From an uncultured Methanobrevibacter sp. (GTDB lineage: Archaea; Methanobacteriota; Methanobacteria; Methanobacteriales; Methanobacteriaceae): a stretch of DNA of 64,000 nucleotides. The first letter of the stretch is position 1; each line of letters opens with the position of its first letter. A program made the position numbers and the translations under genes. Positions 55,787-64,000 of this stretch are shown piece by piece. Below the pieces are notes generated by a model. The model saw nothing but the letters and a program-made list of their open reading frames with translations, was not told where the DNA came from and did no database searches. Location of the stretch: positions 16,089-80,088 of the forward strand of contig NZ_CAMVPN010000001.1 of assembly GCF_947169325.1 (NCBI RefSeq), given 5' to 3'.

Positions 55787-57199
55787 ATGCTAGAAGGGGA
55801 GATTACTCAAAAGATGATTCGAAGCAAGCTCTATGAGGAGTTTATTAAGCCAACGGATCAAATAAAAAATTTCATTGGAGTCGAAATTGAAATTCCAATA
55901 GTAAATCTTAACAAAGAGGCGGTAGATTTTGAAGTTGTCCATAATGTCACATCAGAATTCAAAAAGCAATATTCTGATTTTAATGATGAGGGAATAGATT
56001 ATGACGGCAACACCTTCGCCCTTAAAAACGATGGAAATGATGACATATTCTGCTATGACTGTTCATACAACAACATAGAATTTGCAATGGGCCGTGAAAA
56101 GGACCTGTTTTCAATTCATGAGCGCTTTTGTGAATATTATACATTCACAAAAGAAGCATTCGAGCAGTATAATCATACATTAACTGGAATGGGGATAAAT
56201 CCTTATAGAAAATATAATAATTTCAGCCCAATTCCTTCCGAAAGATACCTGATGCTTTATCATCATCTGAAATCCTTTACACGCTACGATGACCTTCCGA
56301 TGCATTTTCATAAATATCCGGAATATGGAATGTTTTCATCCGCTTCACAGGTGCAGCTGGACGTTTATCGAGATGATTTGGTTAAGACAATCAACGTATT
56401 TTCAAAAATAGAACCGATCAAGGCATTGCTGTTTTCAAACTCCGTGCTTTTTGGTGCAAAGTCCCGCAAGGCATGCTGCCGTGATGACTTATGGGAGTAT
56501 TCCACTCATGGGATAAACCCTCATAACGTGGGCATGTACGATGTTGATTTCAAGGACTTAAATGACCTTGGAGCATATATGGAATCGTTAAATATGTATT
56601 GCGTAATGAGAGATGGCGCATACATCAACTTCGAAACAATGAACCTGAGGGATTACTTTTCAAAGGAATCCATAACAGGTGAGATTTATGACAATGGGAC
56701 ATATAGGAAAATTGAAATAAAACCCTGTTTGGATGATATTAAATATCTAAGGCCATTCAAGTTCATCAACTTAACTTTCAGAGGAACTGTTGAGTTTAGA
56801 AGCGTATGCACACAACCAATTAAAGATTCAATGACTGTGGCAGCATTCCATTTGGGTCTTAAGGATAAATTGGATGAACTGGAAGAATTAATTAGTAATG
56901 ATAACATAATATATCATAAGGGATACACAGCAAGTGAACTTAGAAAACTGTTGGTATGTGACGAAATACCTTCTTTCATTGATAAGGGAGGTTTATGCAA
57001 GCTGACCAAGGAAATTGTCGATTTAGCTGATGACGGCTTAGCGGAAAGGGGAATCGGTGAAGAGAAATTCCTGAAACCGTTATATCTGCGCATCAAAAAA
57101 CATACAAATCCAGGAAAAAACATTATAGAATCATTGCAAAAGGGAGTATCTATAGAAAAGTTAATAAATGATTATGGTACTATTGATTGTGGGATGTGA
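55787..57199 (+). CDS. glutamate-cysteine ligase family (carboxylate-amine ligase) protein
   Basis: A 470-aa protein with the N-terminal motif FIGVEIEIPIV (compare G.E.E of GCS-type ligases). It lies 2 nt after the amidotransferase-like gene and directly abuts the GshA-like gene. Confidence 0.5.
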   Translation: MLEGEITQKMIRSKLYEEFIKPTDQIKNFIGVEIEIPIVNLNKEAVDFEVVHNVTSEFKKQYSDFNDEGIDYDGNTFALKNDGNDDIFCYDCSYNNIEFAMGREKDLFSIHERFCEYYTFTKEAFEQYNHTLTGMGINPYRKYNNFSPIPSERYLMLYHHLKSFTRYDDLPMHFHKYPEYGMFSSASQVQLDVYRDDLVKTINVFSKIEPIKALLFSNSVLFGAKSRKACCRDDLWEYSTHGINPHNVGMYDVDFKDLNDLGAYMESLNMYCVMRDGAYINFETMNLRDYFSKESITGEIYDNGTYRKIEIKPCLDDIKYLRPFKFINLTFRGTVEFRSVCTQPIKDSMTVAAFHLGLKDKLDELEELISNDNIIYHKGYTASELRKLLVCDEIPSFIDKGGLCKLTKEIVDLADDGLAERGIGEEKFLKPLYLRIKKHTNPGKNIIESLQKGVSIEKLINDYGTIDCGM

Positions 57200-58612
57200 A
57201 TGAATTTATTGAATCTATCAAAATTATCAACAGATGAATTATTGGCTGGTTCATTTGGGATTGAATGGGAGAGCTTAAGGGCTCGCGGTGAAGGTGAGTT
57301 GTCTTTAACGCCGCATCCAAAGGTTTTCGGAGATAAGCTTACAAATCCGCTGATTACAACTGATTTTTCGGAAAGCCAAATTGAAATGATTACTCCGACA
57401 TTTGACACTATAGACAAGGCTTTCGATACTTTTTCCCTGTTGGCTGACCTGGTCAATTCATCCCTTCCGGATGATGAATATCTCTGGTTTCAGTCAATTC
57501 CATGCATACTGCCTTATAATGATAAAATACCGATAGCGCAGTACTCCGATGAAGGAATGAGTTCTCAAAAATACCGTGAAGAGCTTGCTAAAAAGTACGG
57601 CGTCAAAAAGCAGATGATTTCGGGTGTTCACTTCAACTTTTCTTTTGACGATGATGTTTTAAGGAAACTTCAAAGGATTTCAAACTCTGATTTGAGCTTT
57701 CAGGAGTTCAAAAACGAAGTCTATCTTAAAATCACCAGAAATTACCTCCGGCACTGCTGGTTGATCATATATCTTACAGGTTGCTCAATAGGTTCTCACA
57801 ATACCTTTACAAAGGACTGCATTCACTTGATGGATGCAGAGGATGATTACGGAAGCCATTATTCAACCAAAGGGCCTTCATTCAGGAATTCTTCCTGCGG
57901 ATACAAGAACCTCAAAAGCTTATATCCTTCATATGCATCAGTTGAGGATTTCATAGCTGATGTTGAGGGATTCATCGAAAAGGGCGATCTCTCAGAGGCA
58001 AAGGAACTCTACACCCAAATCAGGCTGAAGCCGAAAGACCCTAAAGACTATTTAAATTCATTAAAAGAAGATGGGATACAGTATATTGAAATAAGGACAT
58101 TGGACATCAATCCGTTCTATCAGTGCGGTCTTGTAAGACATGACATGAAGTTTCTGCACATGTTCCTGCTCTATATGCTCGTCAAGGACGAGTCATCATA
58201 TGAAAAATGGCAGGAGGAAGCTCGAATCAACGAAGAGAATACTGCAGAGATGGCTTATGATGAGTCAATGAGACTGATAAGGGACGGTGAGGAAGTAACA
58301 TTTAAAAGCTGGGCTTCAGAAATCATAAATGAAATGTATGGGATGTGCGAGGTCTTCGGCATCGACGCAGGAAGGCCGACACTGAAGATGATGTGCAACC
58401 GCATAAGGGACCCAGGTCTCACATATGGCCAGAGACTTTTGAAAATGATTAGGGAAGATGGCTACATTAACACCCATGTGAAGCTTTCCATAAACAACAA
58501 AAGGACAAGTGTCAATAATATCAAAAATGTCGACCCGGATTCATACAAGGGTTTCGGCAAGTATGTAAATAGCGCCCTCAGGGGCAAATATTATCCCATA
58601 TGCTTCTTTTAG
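57200..58612 (+). CDS. gshA: glutamate-cysteine ligase, GshA type
   Basis: Signatures are FGIEWESLRARGEGELSLTPHPKVFG, NPLITTDFSESQIEMITP, EYLWFQSIP, KYREELAKKYGVKKQMISGVHFNFSF and IEIRTLDINPF. Confidence 0.75.
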   Translation: MNLLNLSKLSTDELLAGSFGIEWESLRARGEGELSLTPHPKVFGDKLTNPLITTDFSESQIEMITPTFDTIDKAFDTFSLLADLVNSSLPDDEYLWFQSIPCILPYNDKIPIAQYSDEGMSSQKYREELAKKYGVKKQMISGVHFNFSFDDDVLRKLQRISNSDLSFQEFKNEVYLKITRNYLRHCWLIIYLTGCSIGSHNTFTKDCIHLMDAEDDYGSHYSTKGPSFRNSSCGYKNLKSLYPSYASVEDFIADVEGFIEKGDLSEAKELYTQIRLKPKDPKDYLNSLKEDGIQYIEIRTLDINPFYQCGLVRHDMKFLHMFLLYMLVKDESSYEKWQEEARINEENTAEMAYDESMRLIRDGEEVTFKSWASEIINEMYGMCEVFGIDAGRPTLKMMCNRIRDPGLTYGQRLLKMIREDGYINTHVKLSINNKRTSVNNIKNVDPDSYKGFGKYVNSALRGKYYPICFF

Positions 58613-59056
58613 AAAATATATTGTAAACTTTTTTCGAGTCTATTGTAGCATTTTTCAAAACCTCTTCTAAATGGGTAATTTTCCAATCGGAGCATTTAAA
58701 TTCGAGTTTCATGAGGTCTTCTGAAATGGTTGAAAATTTTATTTTTCAAATCATTTCCAAATTTTCGCCTAATTTTTAAAAATTCAATAATCTTTATATA
58801 TCATGAATAAAATATGTAATTATAACCTTTATGGGCGGGTTTTAAAAATTAAAACTTAAATTACAAATATTTCTTTAAATAAAGAGAGTACAACTCTCGA
58901 TAGTCGAATAAACGATTATAATTCAATACTAATTTATAATCGTTTTTTGGGTTTATTTTGTAAAGTATTTCATAAACTACAAAATTTAAGGCTATTTTTA
59001 AAATTTTAATGGCGTTACGCTAGATTATTAGATAAATTTTATTAACGGTAGATATA

Positions 59057-59638
59057 ATGGCAAAAGCAAAATCAAGACGTAGAGTACGTGATACATGGAA
59101 AGAAAAGTCCTGGTACACTATCAAAACACCAGTGAACTTTGAAGACAAAGAAATCGGAGAAACTCCAGCAAAAGATCCAGAACTTCTCATTGGAAGAGGT
59201 GTAGAAGTTACCATGAGAGAATTAACCGGAGACTTCTCAAAACAATACATCAAACTCAGGTTTGAAATCGACAACGTTGCAGGAGACGTTGCAAACACAA
59301 AATTCACAGGTCACAAAACCACAACCGATTATGTCAGAAGCATGATTAGAAGAGGAACTTCAAGAATCGACGCTTCAGCAATCGTAAAAACAAAAGATGA
59401 CCGCAAATTAAAACTCCAAGTATTGGCTGTAACCATCAGAAGAGCTAAATCTTCTCAACAAAGATACATGAGAAAAACAATCGAAGATTTACTCATCGAA
59501 GCAGCAGCTGAAAGATCATTCGACGATTTGGTAAAAGTATGTGTCAACGGTAAATTGGCATCTGAAATTTACCACAACGCTAAAAAGATTTACCCTCTCA
59601 AAAGGGTTGAAATCATCAAAAGTAAAGTAATCAAATAG
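59057..59638 (+). CDS. rps3ae: 30S ribosomal protein S3Ae (eS1)
   Basis: The protein starts MAKAKSRRRVRDTWKEKSWYTIKTPVNFEDKEIGETPA and contains GRGVEVTMRELTGDFSKQYIKLRF. The length is 193 aa. Confidence 0.9.
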   Translation: MAKAKSRRRVRDTWKEKSWYTIKTPVNFEDKEIGETPAKDPELLIGRGVEVTMRELTGDFSKQYIKLRFEIDNVAGDVANTKFTGHKTTTDYVRSMIRRGTSRIDASAIVKTKDDRKLKLQVLAVTIRRAKSSQQRYMRKTIEDLLIEAAAERSFDDLVKVCVNGKLASEIYHNAKKIYPLKRVEIIKSKVIK

Positions 59639-59906
59639 GATTGCTTTTCACTTTTTTTCTTTTTTTGTTTCTATTGTAGAATGAATACTTTTTATTTAAT
59701 TTTTTCATATTTTTTCATATCTCTTTTTCTTTAGTGACATTTTTTAATTTTTTGTTTACTTTTCTTTAAAAATTCTGAAATTTTTTTAATATTTTTTTAA
59801 TATATTGGAAGAAAAGCATTATATATGTTATATATTATATATATGTACTGTATCGTCAGTTTTGAATTATCGTGAAAGTAAGATAAAAAAATTGAGGTTA
59901 ATATTC

Positions 59907-62900
59907 ATGAATAAAAAACAAATATTTCTTAGTATTTGTTTGTTCATAGTGTTTTTTTCTCTGCTTTCCGTTGCCTCAGCGAGTGACACGACAGATAACG
60001 TCACTATTACGGCCGTTAGTGATGATTCAAACACTATTTCTGTAACAAACAATCAAGATCATAATCTGGGAGCTAGCCCCGGATTCACTAGTTTAAATAC
60101 TACAATTTCTGATTCTCAGGCTGGGGAATCCATCACTTTGAATGAAGATTATTCCTATTCAGACAGTGATGGCGATTTTTCCGAAGGGATTATTATTGAT
60201 AAGAGTATAACCATTGATGGACAAGGTAATACTATAAATGCACAGAAAAAGGCTTCTATATTCAATATCCAGGGTAACTCTAAGGTCATTTTAAAGGATA
60301 TAATTTTTAGTAATGCTTTTGGTGTTAACGGTAGTGCAATCAAGCTTGATCCCTCAACACACCTTGAAATCATAAATTGTAAATTTAATGATAATGTAGC
60401 CCAAATGAGCGGGGGTGCTATTTACGTATCCAATTCAAGTTCACTAACCTCAAACTTGATTATAAATGGTTCAGAATTTAATAGAAACTCAGCACGCTTT
60501 GGTGGGGCGTTATACTTAACTGAAAATTCTCACGAGTTATCTATAATCGAAAATTCAAAATTCATAAAATGTACTTCAACAGGCGACGGTGGAGCCGCCT
60601 ATATTAGTGCAGATAATGTAGAACTGAAAAGTGTGGTATTTCAGGACAACGTCGCAGGAGACGACGGTGGTGCTGTATACTGGGAAGGAAATAACGGTAT
60701 CATTATTGATATCGCTTGTACAAACAACAAAGGAAACAGCAGCGGTACATCAAATACCCGTGGTGGGTCAATTATCATTACTGGATCAAACATCACTGTT
60801 TCCAACTCTAAATTCTCAAAAGGCTCTTCTTACGCTAATAGGAATAACACTACTAGAGTTGATGGTGGAGCCTTATTCGTAACAGGTAATGATGTAACTA
60901 TTAAAAACACTACTTTTGACCAGTGCAGTGCTGTCAATAACGGTGGTGCAGTATATGTAATCGGAAACAATGCCGAAATTATTGAATGTACATTTACTAA
61001 AAACACAGGTTCAGACGGTGCGGCATTATTTATAAATGGTACTGGCTGTAAATTAATCAATTCTACCTTTAATGGCAATACTGCTAATGATGACGGTGCT
61101 ATTTTCTGGCAAGGTGATAACGGATATATGTATAATATCACCTGTGTTAATAACAAAGGAGTAAGTCAAGGTTCAAATTCCCGTGGAGGTACAATCTGTC
61201 TTACAGGAAACAACGTAACTGTTGCAAAATCACGATTCACTTCTTCTGTTGCTACAATCGATGCCGGTAAAAACTCTTCTAAAGTTGATGGTGGAGCATT
61301 GTTCGTTACAGGTAATGATGTTATTATCATTGACACCACATTTGATAAATGTACTGCAGCCAATAACGGTGGTGCCCTATATGTCATTGGAAACAATACT
61401 GAAATTATAAACAATACATTTACCAATAACAAAGGTTTGGACGGTGCAGCATTGTTTGTAAATGGTACTGACTGTAAATTAATCAATTCTACCTTTAAGG
61501 ACAATATTGCAAATGATGATGGTGCAATCTTCTGGAATGGTGACAATGGATATATGTACAATATCACTTGTAACAATAACAAAGGAATAAGTGAAGGAAA
61601 CTCCAGTACTCGTGGAGGTACAATCTGTCTTACAGGAGACAATGTAACTGTTGTTAAATCCAGTTTCACTAAGAGTCAGGCTAATATAGGCAAAGATAAA
61701 GATGCTTCTAAAGTCGACGGTGGAGCCATATTCATCACAGGAAATGATGTAAATATTCTTGAAACTTCATTCTATGAGTGCTCAGCTGCACATGATGGTG
61801 GAGCATTATACATCATCGGAAACGATACTCAAGTCGTAAACTGTTATATCTATAAGTCTTCAGCCAGCGACGGTGGAGCATTATTCATAAATGGTTCCAG
61901 AATCAATCTTTTAAATTCCTCTACAGTTCAGAATTCAGCTGAAAACGGAGGGGCAATATATATTGAAGGACATGATGTTGTCATCTCAGAGTTACAATCC
62001 TCTTCAAACAATGCTAATACAAGAGGGGGTTCAATTTATGTTGAAGGATATGGGGCTTATATTGATAAATCCACATTTACAAGTAACACTGGCCTTATCG
62101 GTGGAGCTATCTACATTGCAGGAGATGATGTTGTTGTAGATAATTCCTCATTCAAATCCAACAACGGTAAAGGTAAGACAACTGCTGATGGAGGTTCCGG
62201 TGGTGCAATTTATATAGATGGTGAAGGAGCAACCATTTCAAACTCTGATTTTGATTCAGGTTATGCAGTTCGTTATGGTGGTGCCATTGCAGTATGGGGT
62301 GCAAATGCAAACATTACCTCTAATGAATTTAAAGATTGTTCTGTAAATGAATTTGATGGTGGAGCAATATTTGTTAAAGGTGTAAATGCAACAATATCAA
62401 AATCCAATTTTTCCGGAGACACTTCTAAAGTAGGTAATGGAGGAGCTATTGGTGTTGAAGGCGACGATGCCCATATTTTAGATTGTAATTTCACTGCATG
62501 TAAAGCCACATCCTCTAGTTCTCGTGGTGGAGCCATTGATATTCAAGGACATCGTACAATCGTGGATAACTCCATTTTTAAAGAATGTTATTCTCCTAAT
62601 GGTGGGGATATTTATGTATTCGGTAATAACGTAAAAATGCAGAATTCCCTATTTGATTCAAATACTGCTGTTAAAGGTGGAGCTATTTTCGTTTGGGGTT
62701 GGGGTGCTGTAATAGAAAACTCAAATTTCACAAACTGTAATGCTTCTGAGAGCGGTGGGGCTATCTATACCACTCAAAGTGGAGGTACAAATATTGTAAA
62801 TGACAATTTTGACAGTTGTGCTGCTATAGGTACTTCCAGTTCTAATGGTGGTGGGGCCATTTATGTAGAAGGTCCTGATACACATATTGCTTCATCTAAC

Positions 62901-64000
62901 TTCACAAACAATCGTGCTAATTTGGGCAGTGCCCGTGGTGGAACAATTTTCATTAAAGGTGAAGGAATATTCCTTGAAAAATCTCAGTTTAATAACAGTA
63001 TTGCTCATCAGGGAGGTATAATTCACATTGAAGGTGGAAATGCCATTATCAATGCGTCCACATTTTCAAATAGTTCATCAAAATCTGTCGGAGGGGCCAT
63101 TTCCGTTGTTGGAAGTAATGCAGTAATCGAATGGTCTCACTTTGAAAATTTCAAGGCAGGAGGTAACGGTGGAGCTATATATGTTGATGGTAAAGATACT
63201 AGTGTTTTACATTCTTCATTTGATAATTGTACCGTTGGCAATGCTAATGGTGGTGTAATCTTTATCAAGAATGTGGGAACCACTGTCGCATTTTCTAATT
63301 TCACCAACTCCAAGGCAGGTATTGCAGGAGCAATTTATATAGACGGTGAAAATACAACAATTTCCTATTGTAATTTGGAAAAAAACACTGCAAATTCTGC
63401 AGGTGCAATTAAAGTTTCAGGAAATGATACCATGATCTCTAATAGCAATTTCACTGATAACATTGCAAAATCTGGTTCCGGTGGTGCTTTAGATATGAGT
63501 GGAGACAATGCGTCTGTATACTACTCTTTCTTTGATGAAAATAGGGCATACAGTAATGGTGGAGCCATTAACTGGGATGGTGGTCACGGTTCTGATTCAA
63601 TTGTAGGATGTACTTTCACCAATAATGATTGTAATAACACTCAACAAGGTGGAGGCGCCATTTTCTGGACGGCTGGTGAAATTGGCCACATCGGAGCTGG
63701 TGGTTTAATCCAGGATTCAAAATTCATTAACAACACTGCTAATGGAAGACATGGTGGTGCTATTAACTGGTATCACGCAAAAGACAGTGTAATCAATAAT
63801 TGTCTATTTATTAACAATACTGCTGCATCTGATGGTGGTGCACTTTATACCGGTCACCAAACTGGTGGTGGTTTTAATTTAACTATGACCAACTGTCAGT
63901 TCTACAATAACACCGCCCATAAACATGGTGGGGCTATTGCAAATCAAATGGAAGGGTCCTGGATATATAACAATACATTTGATGGAAATAAAGCTCAAGC
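59907..64000 (+). CDS. very large adhesin-like protein (signal peptide plus many GGAIY beta-helix repeats), 3' end beyond the window
   Basis: The ATG at 59907 follows GAGG. The signal peptide is MNKKQIFLSICLFIVFFSLLSVASASD. The head module is GIIIDKSITIDGQGNTINAQKKASIFNIQGNSKVILKDIIFSNA. The in-frame check (MSGGAIY at 60405) holds. GGA(I/L)(Y/F) repeats continue to position 64000 with no stop, which explains its absence from the ORF track. Confidence 0.85.
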   Translation, partial: MNKKQIFLSICLFIVFFSLLSVASASDTTDNVTITAVSDDSNTISVTNNQDHNLGASPGFTSLNTTISDSQAGESITLNEDYSYSDSDGDFSEGIIIDKSITIDGQGNTINAQKKASIFNIQGNSKVILKDIIFSNAFGVNGSAIKLDPSTHLEIINCKFNDNVAQMSGGAIYVSNSSSLTSNLIINGSEFNRNSARFGGALYLTENSHELSIIENSKFIKCTSTGDGGAAYISADNVELKSVVFQDNVAGDDGGAVYWEGNNGIIIDIACTNNKGNSSGTSNTRGGSIIITGSNITVSNSKFSKGSSYANRNNTTRVDGGALFVTGNDVTIKNTTFDQCSAVNNGGAVYVIGNNAEIIECTFTKNTGSDGAALFINGTGCKLINSTFNGNTANDDGAIFWQGDNGYMYNITCVNNKGVSQGSNSRGGTICLTGNNVTVAKSRFTSSVATIDAGKNSSKVDGGALFVTGNDVIIIDTTFDKCTAANNGGALYVIGNNTEIINNTFTNNKGLDGAALFVNGTDCKLINSTFKDNIANDDGAIFWNGDNGYMYNITCNNNKGISEGNSSTRGGTICLTGDNVTVVKSSFTKSQANIGKDKDASKVDGGAIFITGNDVNILETSFYECSAAHDGGALYIIGNDTQVVNCYIYKSSASDGGALFINGSRINLLNSSTVQNSAENGGAIYIEGHDVVISELQSSSNNANTRGGSIYVEGYGAYIDKSTFTSNTGLIGGAIYIAGDDVVVDNSSFKSNNGKGKTTADGGSGGAIYIDGEGATISNSDFDSGYAVRYGGAIAVWGANANITSNEFKDCSVNEFDGGAIFVKGVNATISKSNFSGDTSKVGNGGAIGVEGDDAHILDCNFTACKATSSSSRGGAIDIQGHRTIVDNSIFKECYSPNGGDIYVFGNNVKMQNSLFDSNTAVKGGAIFVWGWGAVIENSNFTNCNASESGGAIYTTQSGGTNIVNDNFDSCAAIGTSSSNGGGAIYVEGPDTHIASSNFTNNRANLGSARGGTIFIKGEGIFLEKSQFNNSIAHQGGIIHIEGGNAIINASTFSNSSSKSVGGAISVVGSNAVIEWSHFENFKAGGNGGAIYVDGKDTSVLHSSFDNCTVGNANGGVIFIKNVGTTVAFSNFTNSKAGIAGAIYIDGENTTISYCNLEKNTANSAGAIKVSGNDTMISNSNFTDNIAKSGSGGALDMSGDNASVYYSFFDENRAYSNGGAINWDGGHGSDSIVGCTFTNNDCNNTQQGGGAIFWTAGEIGHIGAGGLIQDSKFINNTANGRHGGAINWYHAKDSVINNCLFINNTAASDGGALYTGHQTGGGFNLTMTNCQFYNNTAHKHGGAIANQMEGSWIYNNTFDGNKAQ

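Overview
The window looks archaeal, from a Methanobacteriales (Methanobrevibacter-like) chromosome. The evidence is Orc1/Cdc6, ribosomal protein S3Ae, archease, RtcB, MptE-like kinase and many signal-peptide 'adhesin-like' proteins with GGAxY beta-helix or Ig-like repeats. All calls come from reading the sequence and ORF translations and from motif recall; no searches were run.

The left ~39 kb is accessory.
- A frameshifted adhesin-like gene built from ~1.24-kb tandem repeats lies at 1-3394.
- Two paralogous DUF4062-type STAND NTPase genes lie at 5285-8980 and 23064-26657. Each is flanked by a G/T-rich noncoding repeat family with the core TGACATTAACGG / CCGTTAATGTCA.
- A restriction/defence cluster spans 11.1-18.4 kb. 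It holds a McrB-like AAA+ protein with a duplicated insert, a DUF2357/McrC-like nuclease, and a tightly coupled Nudix, 62-aa coiled-coil and PLD-helicase (SauUSI-like) operon.
- More adhesin-like genes and remnants follow, and three tandem giant Ig-repeat surface proteins lie at 28.8-38.7 kb.
- An ORF-free 1.17-kb region at 26.66-27.83 kb contains a 592-bp tandem repeat.

The right ~25 kb is mostly housekeeping: dUTPase-like, TPP enzyme, class V aminotransferase, MptE, orc1/cdc6, archease, RtcB, MTAP and S3Ae. It also has an AT-rich three-gene gamma-glutamyl ligase/amidotransferase cluster and a GerW/YtfJ-like cluster.

The 12-mer TTACACTTGAAA resembles an archaeal origin-recognition box. It occurs only in noncoding DNA, twice in the 27-kb tandem repeat and three times at exact 53-bp phasing at 44.05-44.17 kb, about 4 kb from orc1/cdc6. 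No rRNA, tRNA, CRISPR array, integrase or clear IS element was seen.
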